Assembly: GCA_027492675.1 (NCBI GenBank)
Contig: JAPUEI010000039.1
Coordinates: forward strand, 8,370 to 72,369
Reading direction: 5' to 3'
From: Propionibacteriaceae bacterium
GTDB taxonomy: Bacteria > Actinomycetota > Actinomycetes > Propionibacteriales > Propionibacteriaceae
DNA: 64,000 nt
In this document: positions 24,373-33,814 of the stretch, one piece after another
Layout: each line of letters begins with the position of its first letter
Numbering within the stretch: the stretch's first letter is position 1
Translations under genes and position numbers: made by a program
The notes under the pieces: generated by a model
Told to the model about the DNA's origin: nothing
The model's input: only the letters and a program-made list of their open reading frames with translations
Databases searched by the model: none

Positions 24373-24412
24373 TTGTCCACAGACCAGGACCAGCTGACCG
24401 GCTCTGTCCACA
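24373..24412 (+). promoter_or_regulatory. Two same-orientation DnaA-box-like sites (TTGTCCACA at 24373-24381, CTGTCCACA at 24404-24412) upstream of comEA
   Basis: Read directly. Both are followed by G, and their starts are 31 nt apart. Confidence 0.3.
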
Positions 24413-24450
24413 GCCCGCGAGATTTCTGACGCATTCGGCCCTCGGCGCCC

Positions 24451-25305
24451 ATGGTCCGGGGTGTGGAGGTGTTCGGTAACCAGCGGCTGCCCGAGGCGGC
24501 GGAAGTGGTTCGGGCGCGTCTCGCTGCGCTGTTCCAGCCTGCCTTCCCGGCGAGCGGAGCGCCGGCTGAGGCGCCGGGGGAGCCACCGGAGTCGTCGGAG
24601 AGCGCCGCATCCGAACACCTCCACCCTGACGGCTCAGAGACGCCGCGGTGGCGGCTCACCCGGCGTCACGTCATGGTCATGGCGGCGTTGTCGCTGATCG
24701 CGGTCATCGGGTCGATGGCCTGGATGCTGCGGGCCAAGGCGGTGCCGATCGCGGTCGCCGTCGGCGAGGCGCCACCGTCTGCCACCGCCTCGTCACTCTC
24801 ATCCGTTGGGTCGTCGGCCAGCCCTGGCCAGCCCGCCTCATCAGTCGCGCCGACGATCCTCGTCCACGTCCTCGGAGCCGTCATCACCCCGGGTGTCGTC
24901 GCCCTTCACGAGGGCGCCCGGGTCGCCGATGCGCTCGCCGCCGCCGGGGGACTGCGCAGCGACGCGGATCCCGCGGAGCTGAACCTCGCGGCGGTGCTGG
25001 CGGATGGTTCGCAGGTCGTCATCGGCACGAAGGCAGCGCCTCGCGGCGAGGTCAGAGCGGGGACGCAGCCCGACGGCGGAACCGCCGTCGGGCCTACGGG
25101 GGGCGCGACGACGGCGTTGGTCAACCTCAACACGGCGACGCTCGAACAGCTCGATGCGTTGCCAGGCGTCGGCCCGGTGCTCGCGCAGGCGATCATCGAC
25201 TACCGCACCAAGCACGGGAAGTTCGGCCGGATAGAGGAGCTCCAGGAAGTCGACGGGATCGGCGCCAAGACGTACGCACAGATCGCTCCGCATGTCCGCG
25301 TCTGA
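24451..25305 (+). CDS. comEA: ComEA family DNA-binding protein (TM anchor, SLBB-like domain, tandem helix-hairpin-helix)
   Basis: VNLNTATLEQLDALPGVGPVLAQAIIDYR..ELQEVDGIGAKTYAQI. Start uncertain. Confidence 0.88.
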   Translation: MVRGVEVFGNQRLPEAAEVVRARLAALFQPAFPASGAPAEAPGEPPESSESAASEHLHPDGSETPRWRLTRRHVMVMAALSLIAVIGSMAWMLRAKAVPIAVAVGEAPPSATASSLSSVGSSASPGQPASSVAPTILVHVLGAVITPGVVALHEGARVADALAAAGGLRSDADPAELNLAAVLADGSQVVIGTKAAPRGEVRAGTQPDGGTAVGPTGGATTALVNLNTATLEQLDALPGVGPVLAQAIIDYRTKHGKFGRIEELQEVDGIGAKTYAQIAPHVRV

Positions 25306-27625
25306 GGGGTCGGGTCAGCCGACGCCCGACCTGCGTCTGCTGCCCGCTGCCATCGGGGCGTGGGTGGGCACCTGGGTGGCGACGTCGGGCAGCACCCCGG
25401 CGCTTCTGCTCACGGGCGTCGTGGCCGTGGCGGCGGGTGCCCTGGCCATCTCCCGCAGGTCCCTCGTGGTGGCGGTCGCGTCCGTGGTGCTTCTGGGATC
25501 GGTGGTCGCGGGCGGAGTGCGCGCGTACGCCCTGACCAGCGGACCGGTCGCGGATCTGGCCGCGCAGAAAGCGGTCGCGACGCTCGTGATCCAGGTCACG
25601 ACCGAACCTCAGCAGATCACGAGCAGGCTCGGGTGGGGCGTGCAGGTCAGGCTCGACGGTGAAGTGGTCCAGCTGGACGGACGCGGCCAGGCGTGGTCTG
25701 TGCGACAGACCGTCACCGTGGAAGCAAGCGGTGACCGGGTCGGCACGTGGGCCGTCGTCGCTGTGGGGGCCACGTTGCGGTTCTCGGGTCGGCTTGCCCC
25801 GGCCGAGGTCTCAGACGGGGTGGCGGGGGTGGTACGGGCTCTCAGCGTGCCGGAAGAGCTCTCGCCCCCGCCGTGGTGGCTGGTGGCCGTGGATCGGGTC
25901 AGGAGCGGCCTGCGGGAGGCTGCCTCGGCTCTTCCCGAGGAACGCCGAGCCCTGGTTCCCGCTCTGACGCTCGGGGATACGACCGGGGTCACCGCCGAGA
26001 TGAAGGACCAGTTCCGTGCCACTGGCCTCACGCACCTGATGGCCGTCTCGGGGGCGAACTTGGCGCTGCTGTTGGCGTTCGTCATGCTCGTGGCCCGGTG
26101 GTGCCGGGTCCGGGGGCGCTGGTTGTCGGTGGTGTCGCTGTTGACCGTGGCGGCGTTCGTGGTCTTGTGCCGGGGGGAGCCGAGTGTGCTGCGGGCTGCG
26201 GCCATGGGGTTGGTGGCCCTCGCGGCGCTGGGTCGCGGCGCAGGGGCCGGCGGCGGGGTGCGGCTGGTGTCGGTGGCGGTGGTGGGTCTGTGCTGGGTCG
26301 ATCCCTGGTTGTCGCGGTCGTGGGGGTTCGCGCTGTCGGTCGCTGCGTGTCTCGGGATCGTGTGGTGGGGGCGGCGATGGGCTGAGGCGCTGGGACGGTG
26401 GCTGCCGGGGTGGTTGGCGGAGGCGGTGGCAGTGCCCCTTGCCGCGCAGGTGGCGACCCAGCCGCTGGTCACGGTGCTCTCGGGTCAGGTGAGCGTCGTG
26501 GGTGTCCCTGCGAATGCTGTGGCTGGTCCTTTCGTCGGACCGGCGACGGTGCTGGGGTTCGGGGCCGCTGGCGTGGCGTGGGCTGTGCCGTGGTTGGGGC
26601 GGGTGGTGGCCTGGGGTGCTGGCTGGGCAGCGGCGCCGATCCTGTGGGTCGCCGAGGCCGGGTCCCAGTTGCCGGGTGCGAGGCTAGCGTGGCCGGCGTC
26701 CGTGCTCGGCGTGGTCGTCGTCGTGGTCGGCTCGGCGGCCATGGGCGTCCTCGCTCCGTGGGTGCTGCGCCGATCGTGGCTGGTGCTACCGGTCGCCGTG
26801 GTGCTCGTGATCGTGCTGGTGCGGGCGCCGTACCACCCTGGATGGCCTCCACCCTCATGGCAGGTCGTGGCCTGCGATGTCGGTCAGGGTGACGCCACGG
26901 TCGTTCACGTGACGTCCGAGCAGGCGATTCTGGTGGACACGGGACCGGATCCGGTGGCGTTGCTGGGGTGTCTCGATCAGCTGGGAGTGCAGGCCATTCC
27001 GTTGCTGGTGCTGACCCACTTCCACGCCGACCATGTCGGAGGGCTGGACCGGCTCCTGGGGTCTCGGCCGATCGGTCGCGTCGTGGTGTCGCCGTTGGCG
27101 AGCCCGGGCGCGACCGCGGGGGCCATCGGTGCCGAGCTGGCGGAGCGGGGTATCCCTGTGACGGTGGCTGTGGCTGGCCAGGACTTCGACGTGGGCGTCG
27201 CGCGCTGGCAGACGATCGCGGCCGGGCTGCGGCTGGGGTCCGGGGGAGAGGGGGCTGAGTCGAGCGAGGAGAACAACTCCAGCATCGTCGGGCGGGTGTC
27301 GGTGCCGGGTCTCTCGGTGCTCGTGACCGGTGACGTCGAACCAGAGGGCCAGCAAGAGATCCTGGCGTCCGGGGCGGACGTGCGCGCCACGGTGCTGAAG
27401 GTGCCCCACCACGGTTCGTCGCGGCAGGACCCGGGCTTCATCCAGGCGACCGGAGCCACGCTCGCGCTGATCGAGGTGGGCAAGGACAACACGTACGGCC
27501 ATCCCGCATCCAAGACCCTGCGCCTACTGGAGGGATTCGGCATGCAGGTGCTGCGCACCGACCAGCAGGGCGCCATCGCGATCACGGTGGTGTCCGGCCA
27601 ATGGCAGGTCACCGCGATGAGATAG
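25292..27625 (+). CDS. comEC: ComEC/Rec2 family competence channel protein with C-terminal metallo-beta-lactamase domain
   Basis: TGLTHLMAVSGANL, polytopic TM region, VACDVGQGDATVV, LTHFHADHVGG, VPHHGS. Confidence 0.92.
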   Translation: MSASEGSGQPTPDLRLLPAAIGAWVGTWVATSGSTPALLLTGVVAVAAGALAISRRSLVVAVASVVLLGSVVAGGVRAYALTSGPVADLAAQKAVATLVIQVTTEPQQITSRLGWGVQVRLDGEVVQLDGRGQAWSVRQTVTVEASGDRVGTWAVVAVGATLRFSGRLAPAEVSDGVAGVVRALSVPEELSPPPWWLVAVDRVRSGLREAASALPEERRALVPALTLGDTTGVTAEMKDQFRATGLTHLMAVSGANLALLLAFVMLVARWCRVRGRWLSVVSLLTVAAFVVLCRGEPSVLRAAAMGLVALAALGRGAGAGGGVRLVSVAVVGLCWVDPWLSRSWGFALSVAACLGIVWWGRRWAEALGRWLPGWLAEAVAVPLAAQVATQPLVTVLSGQVSVVGVPANAVAGPFVGPATVLGFGAAGVAWAVPWLGRVVAWGAGWAAAPILWVAEAGSQLPGARLAWPASVLGVVVVVVGSAAMGVLAPWVLRRSWLVLPVAVVLVIVLVRAPYHPGWPPPSWQVVACDVGQGDATVVHVTSEQAILVDTGPDPVALLGCLDQLGVQAIPLLVLTHFHADHVGGLDRLLGSRPIGRVVVSPLASPGATAGAIGAELAERGIPVTVAVAGQDFDVGVARWQTIAAGLRLGSGGEGAESSEENNSSIVGRVSVPGLSVLVTGDVEPEGQQEILASGADVRATVLKVPHHGSSRQDPGFIQATGATLALIEVGKDNTYGHPASKTLRLLEGFGMQVLRTDQQGAIAITVVSGQWQVTAMR

Positions 27626-27655
27626 CGGCCATCACGATAGGTAGCGTGGGATACT

Positions 27656-27681
27656 TTCGGCACATAGGGCAATGTGCCGAA
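27656..27681. promoter_or_regulatory. Perfect 10-bp inverted repeat TTCGGCACAT-N6-ATGTGCCGAA, candidate HipB operator
   Basis: Read directly. It lies in a locally AT-richer stretch 24 nt upstream of the hipB-like ATG (27705). Confidence 0.5.
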
Positions 27682-27704
27682 TGTAACAACATCTGGAGGC
27701 TCCG

Positions 27705-28037
27705 ATGGGACGGGAAGCGATCGACCTGGTGCCTTACGCGCGTGACGCGGCCCTCCTGATGGGCGCGAACGTTCGCCAGGCCAGGATCAACCGACGGTGG
27801 ACCGCTGCGGAGCTCGGCGCTCATGCTGGATGCTCTCGGTACACGGTCTCTGCGATCGAGCAGGGAAGCCCGTCGGTGGCGTTCGGGAACGTGCTGAACG
27901 TGTGCGCCGCGTTGGGGGTCTCGCTGTTCGTTCCGGACCGGGTGGAGCTGTCTCGGCTGGCCCGCGCCCAGGCCGAGGTGGTGCGGCTCATGCCTGATCG
28001 AGTGATGCCGAGGGAGGTTCCTTCCGATGCGTTCTGA
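27705..28037 (+). CDS. hipB: XRE-family HTH transcriptional regulator (HipB-like antitoxin)
   Basis: HTH region RRWTAAELGAHAGCSRYTVSAIEQG. The stop overlaps the start of the hipA-like ORF (ATGCGTTCTGA). Confidence 0.8.
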   Translation: MGREAIDLVPYARDAALLMGANVRQARINRRWTAAELGAHAGCSRYTVSAIEQGSPSVAFGNVLNVCAALGVSLFVPDRVELSRLARAQAEVVRLMPDRVMPREVPSDAF

Positions 28038-29301
28038 CCCGGCCACACAGTTCGTGTGGGCCTGGTTGCCGGGCGCGACCGCACCGATCGTCTGCGGGCG
28101 GGTGTGGCAGGAAGGCACCACACATCGGTTCCTGTACGGACGGTCCTACCGGGAGAACCCGCAGGCGATCGCCTTGTACGGGATGCCGCTCAGCGGGCAG
28201 CCGCTCGACCCTCCGGCCGGCATGACGCTTCATGGTGCGCTGCGTGACGCGCTGCCCGACGCGTGGGGCCAGCACGTCATCGTGGCCCGCCTCACGGGCA
28301 CATCCGGCCTCGATGCTGACGCGGGCGACCTCACGCCGATCACGTACATGCGGCAGTCCTCGTCCGACCGGTTCGGTGCGATCGACTTCCAAGACACCTC
28401 CGACGTCTACACGTCCCGCAACCCGCCGGCGACCCTCGACGATCTCGCCGATGCCGCACGGGCCCTCGAAGAGGGCCGACCGTTGGCGTCGGGGCTGGAC
28501 GCTGCCCTGATGCGCGGGACCAGCGTCGGCGGCGCCCGGCCCAAGGCGACGCTGGCCGACGACACCGGCGGATGGATCGTGAAGTTCTCCTCCGCGTCCG
28601 ACCGGGGCAGCCCTGTGGTCCGTCACGAAGCGCTGGCACTGGAACTCGCGCACCACGCCGGCGTCGACACCGTCGAGGCCACCCTGACCACCGCCGCCGG
28701 CCGGGACGCGCTGCTGGTGTGACGCTTCGACCGGACCTCGGACGGGAGACGAGTGATGACTGTCTCGGGGCTGACGTTGCTGAGCCTCGACGAGTTGGCC
28801 GGCCGGTACGCCACCTACCCCGAGCTGTTGGACGTGCTCCGCGCCCGAGGCCAGCGTCCAGACCGCGTCGGGCGGGACCTGTTCACCCGGATCGCGGCCA
28901 ACATCTCCCTCGGCAACACCGACGACCACGCGCGCAACCACGCCGCTCTGTGGGACGGACGCCATCTCACCCTGGCCCCGGCCTACGACATCGACCCGTG
29001 CCGCGCTCCCGGCTGGGATGCGAACCAAGCCATGGCCTACGGCCGTCGCGGCGAACGCGCGTCGAACCTGGCCAGCCTGATCAACATCAGCGCCACCTAT
29101 GACCTCACCCGGCCAGAAGCCGCTGACATCGTGGACCGCGTCATCACGTCGATCCGCGACAACTGGGACCAGGCCGTCGATCACGCCGCACTGACGCGGC
29201 GCCAGGCCGAGTCGCTGCGGGGCAGCCGCATTCTGAACGACTCAACCACGGATGGGCTACCCCGCGTCACGCCCTCAAGCTGGGGCCCTCCACGGACGTA
29301 A
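28027..29301 (+). pseudogene. hipA: HipA-family Ser/Thr kinase toxin interrupted by an in-frame TGA (28720-28722); the two ORF-track pieces 28027-28722 and 28753-29301 are in the same frame
   Basis: The N-terminal HipA coupling domain carries SVGGARPK (P-loop motif). The sequence ALLV-TGA-RFDR matches the conserved LLVxRFDR. Downstream is the catalytic GNTDDHARNH. Both pieces start at coordinates with the same value modulo 3. Confidence 0.8.
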
Positions 29302-29376
29302 CCACGCACCCGTCACGACCCGCCGGACGTGTACGAGTCCAGCCACACCAACGCCACGGACGCCGCGTGTACGCGG

Positions 29377-29411
29377 GCGCTGGTCGAGGTGGGCAAGGAC
29401 AACACGGCCAT
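29377..29411 (+). repeat. Displaced duplicate of the comEC 3' segment (direct repeat of 27464-27502)
   Basis: GCGCTGGTCGAGGTGGGCAAGGACAACACGGCCAT versus comEC GCGCTGATCGAGGTGGGCAAGGACAACACGTACGGCCAT: one mismatch plus a 4-nt indel. It translates as ALVEVGKDNT like comEC ALIEVGKDNT. Confidence 0.75.
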
Positions 29412-29464
29412 TCAGCGAGCACCATGAGATGAGGTGGGCGCGGGGTCCTGTTCGGGTGGGAGCG

Positions 29465-29480
29465 ATACCCTTACGGGTAC
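29465..29480. promoter_or_regulatory. CsoR-type operator-like pseudo-palindrome ATACCC-TTAC-GGGTAC
   Basis: TACCC-N4-GGGTA inverted repeat about 23 nt upstream of the csoR-like ATG, followed by the AGGAGGA RBS. Confidence 0.5.
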
Positions 29481-29502
29481 GGCGTACCAGGAGGAACACA
29501 GT

Positions 29503-29760
29503 ATGGTCATCGACCCGGCAGAGCTCGTAGCAACCCTGAAGCGGCTGAAGCGCGTCCAGGGGCAGATCGGCGGCATCATCACGATGATCGAGCAGGGGCG
29601 TGACTGCGAGGACATCGTCACCCAGGTAGCCGCGGCCAGCAAGGCGCTCGACCGGGCCGGGTTCTCGATCATCGCGACCGGCCTGCGCGCGTGTGTGCTG
29701 AGCGGGGACTCGGAGTACGACGCGGCGCACATGGAGAAGCTCTTCTTGTCCCTGGCCTGA
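29503..29760 (+). CDS. CsoR/RcnR (DUF156) family metal- or persulfide-sensing repressor, Cys-only ligand fingerprint
   Basis: 85 aa, LKRLKRVQGQIGGIITMIEQGRDCEDIVTQ..ATGLRACV. Cys35 and Cys64 are present, but Gly occupies the position four residues before the second Cys, where CsoR has His. Confidence 0.8.
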   Translation: MVIDPAELVATLKRLKRVQGQIGGIITMIEQGRDCEDIVTQVAAASKALDRAGFSIIATGLRACVLSGDSEYDAAHMEKLFLSLA

Positions 29761-29800
29761 CGCCCGGGCGTCGACCGGCGCGGTGTCGGCGATCACTGGC

Positions 29801-30793
29801 ATGCTGTCCGACATGGCGGAATCGTTGTTCGGCAGGCTCGTGCTCATCATCGGGCCCGAGGCGTTCCTCGCCGAGCAGCACCTCGCTGAGCTCTTGAGCG
29901 ACGCGCGCGCCGAGTTCCCGATGGCCACGGTCACCAGCGTCGACGCATCGGCGCTCACCGAGGGCCAGCTCATGGAGATGACGGGCGGCGCCTTGCTCGC
30001 CGCCGAGTCCGTCGCGGTGCTGACCGCGGCCGACGGTCTCCCGGCTGACCTCGCCAACACCCTGATCGGCATCGCCAAGGACATCCCGCCCGAGACCTTG
30101 CTCGTCGTCGTGCACCCTGCGGGTGTCAAGGGCAAGGGCGTGCTCGACAAGCTGCGGCCGCTTGCGGTGAAGGTCATCGACTGCCCAGCACTGAAGCCGT
30201 GGGAGATGGCGCGCTTCGCGACCGATCGCGCCCGCCGGCTCGGCGCCCGGCTTGACGGTGAGGCTGCGCAGGCACTCGTCGATGCCGTCGGCTCTGAGGC
30301 TCGCACGATCGCCGGTGCGGTCGAACAACTGGCCTCCGACTCATCGGCTCCGACGCTGACCACGGCCCATGTACGGCGTTACTTCGCAGGCCGCGCGGAG
30401 GTGTCGAGCTTCGCCGTCGCGGACGACGTGCTGTCGGGCAACCACGGCCAGGCCATCGAGAAGCTCCGATGGGCCCTGTCGACCGGCGTCGCGCCCGTAC
30501 TCGTCACGAGTGCCCTCGCGGGCTCGTTGCGGGCGCTGGGGAAGTACTTCGATGCCCGCGCCGACCGTCGGCCAGAGCCAGCCATCGCCAAGGACGTGGG
30601 CGTACCGCCCTGGAAACTCAAGGACCTGTCTCGTCAGGCGCGCACGTGGTCGCCCGCCGCGGTGGGCGCGGCGATCAAGGCCGTGGCGCAGGCCGACGCC
30701 GACGTGAAGGGGGCGGCCGTCGACCCCGAGTTCGCGCTCGAGAGGCTGCTCAATCAGCTCCATGAGTGCCTGGAGTCGTCGAAGGTGAGCTGA
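29801..30793 (+). CDS. holA: DNA polymerase III subunit delta
   Basis: Conserved position after comEC. LVLIIGPEAFLAEQ, and the C-terminal GVAPVLVTSALAGSLRAL..PPWKLKDL typical of HolA. Start uncertain (29783, 29801 or 29813). Confidence 0.85.
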   Translation: MLSDMAESLFGRLVLIIGPEAFLAEQHLAELLSDARAEFPMATVTSVDASALTEGQLMEMTGGALLAAESVAVLTAADGLPADLANTLIGIAKDIPPETLLVVVHPAGVKGKGVLDKLRPLAVKVIDCPALKPWEMARFATDRARRLGARLDGEAAQALVDAVGSEARTIAGAVEQLASDSSAPTLTTAHVRRYFAGRAEVSSFAVADDVLSGNHGQAIEKLRWALSTGVAPVLVTSALAGSLRALGKYFDARADRRPEPAIAKDVGVPPWKLKDLSRQARTWSPAAVGAAIKAVAQADADVKGAAVDPEFALERLLNQLHECLESSKVS

Positions 30794-30814
30794 GGGCCCT
30801 TCGAGACGTTGACC

Positions 30815-30927
30815 GACTCCGTCGGTCAACTCCTCAGGGACCCGGGTGGGGGGATTCGACTCCGTCGGGCAACGCTTCAGGGGCCCGGGGCGGGGGATTC
30901 GGCTCCGTTGGGCAACTCCTCAGGGCC
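30815..30927. repeat. About 2.6 copies of a 43-bp tandem repeat (GACTCCGTCGGnCAAC..TCAGGGnCCCGGGnnGGGGGATTC) just after holA
   Basis: Hand alignment of units 30815-30857, 30858-30900 and the partial 30901-30927. The first unit overlaps the 10-bp hairpin GTTGACCGAC-tcc-GTCGGTCAAC (30808-30830). Confidence 0.8.
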
Positions 30928-30960
30928 TATCTGAGCCGGCTCCACATCCGGGCATGCGAA

Positions 30961-30988
30961 AGGCGCCTCGACCGTGGTCGAAGCGCCT
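30961..30988 (-). terminator. Stem-loop terminator candidate downstream of rpsT (may act bidirectionally in the convergent gap)
   Basis: AGGCGCCTCGACC-gt-GGTCGAAGCGCCT, a 13-bp stem with one mismatch, 26 nt beyond the rpsT stop. Confidence 0.45.
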
Positions 30989-31013
30989 GGCGCGGGTGGG
31001 CCGGAGCCCAGGA

Positions 31014-31274
31014 TCAGAGTGCGGCGGCCTTGGAGGCGATCGCCGACTTGTGGTTGGCCGCGTTGTTGGCGTGGATGACGCCCTTGCTGACGGCCTTGTC
31101 GTACGCGCGGGTCGCGGCCTGGGCCAGCGTCGTCGCCTTCTCGGTGTCACCAGCGGTGACAGCCTCGTCGAAGCGCCGCACGGACGTGCGCAGCGCCGAC
31201 TTGATCGACTTGTTGCGCAGACGGGACTTCTCGTTCGTCTTGATCCGCTTCATCTGGGACTTGATGTTCGCCAC
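31014..31274 (-). CDS. rpsT: 30S ribosomal protein S20
   Basis: (V)[29 protein letters not shown].. Start is the GTG at 31274. Confidence 0.95.
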   Translation of the reverse strand: MANIKSQMKRIKTNEKSRLRNKSIKSALRTSVRRFDEAVTAGDTEKATTLAQAATRAYDKAVSKGVIHANNAANHKSAIASKAAAL

Positions 31275-31465
31275 GGGGCAAGCCTCTTTTGTTCGTGTGA
31301 TTCCGGGTTGCACCCCGTGGGGCGCGTATGCACCACGCTGGTGCGACGAGTCAATCTATCAGCGGCGCCCCGTACCGCCCAAATCTGGGGGCACTCACGA
31401 CCGCACGGCAGCCTACCGCCGATGTGGGAGGATGGGTCGAATCACTCGACCGACCTGGAAGCTGC

Positions 31466-33294
<1,829 letters not shown>

Positions 33295-33298
<4 letters not shown>

Positions 33299-33753
33299 CG
33301 CGCGTCGCGATCGTCGGCAACGGCGGATCCGGGAAGACCTGGCTGGCCCTACGGCTAGGCGATGCCCTTCGGGTCCCGGTCGTCCATCTCGACGCGTACG
33401 TCAGCATCCTGGCTGACCGCATGTCGGGCGCCGGCCGCCGGGTCGAGGACTCCGCCCGCGTCGACCGGTTCGTGCGGTACGTGCTGACGTACAACCGTGT
33501 GATGTGCCCCCGAGTGCTGGCCGAGCTGGCCGCAGCGACGTGCTCCACTGTGAGGGTACGGAGCCGTCGCCAGGCCCGCCAGCTTTTGAAGTCTCTCGGC
33601 AAGGGAGCGGAAGTCTCTCGGCAAGGGAGCGGAAGTCTCTCCGTAAGGGACCCAGAGTCTCTCCGCAACGAGTCCAGAGTCTCTCCGCGACGATCCAGAG
33701 TCCCTCTGCGACGGCGGAATGGACGGAATGCCTGCGGGAGGAGCGTTCGATAG
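33295..33753 (+). pseudogene. Degraded P-loop NTPase (topology-modulation/adenylate-kinase-like): internal deletion, with the reading frame running on into a tandem repeat
   Basis: The N-terminus RVAIVGNGGSGKTWLALRLGDALRVPVVHLD and a C-terminal-like VDRFVRYVLTYNR..PRVLAEL..VRVRSRRQARQLL are retained. About 70 central residues expected for this family are missing. The tail after LLKSL is encoded by the 22-bp repeats. Confidence 0.55.
33588..33717. repeat. Six tandem units of 20-23 bp (GAAGTCTCTCGGCAAGGGAGCG and degenerate derivatives), iteron-like
   Basis: Hand-parsed units at 33588-33609, 33610-33631 (identical to the first), 33632-33654, 33655-33676, 33677-33697 and 33698-33717. The array lies about 100 nt upstream of the nhaA start. 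Confidence 0.85.
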
Positions 33754-33814
33754 GCTGTACCCCGGTGAGCCGGGAAGCCTGGTCGGCACTCGTACACACA
33801 CGACCGGAGCCGCC

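Noticed and set aside
28720-28722. TGA in hipA as selenocysteine or programmed read-through
   Set aside because: No SECIS-like hairpin is evident immediately downstream, and the HipA family has no known Sec members. The position aligns with an ordinary residue of the LLVxRFDR block, so nonsense mutation or sequencing error is the simpler explanation.
28027-29301. Tripartite HipBST-type organisation (HipS plus HipT)
   Set aside because: In HipBST the small HipS corresponds only to the N-terminal subdomain of about 100 aa. Here the break falls in the middle of the kinase core, and the two parts are in-frame across a single stop.
33588-33717. CRISPR array
   Set aside because: The units are directly abutting 20-23-bp repeats with no unique spacers, and no cas genes are present. 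The same applies to the arrays at 30815-30927 and 42940-43003.
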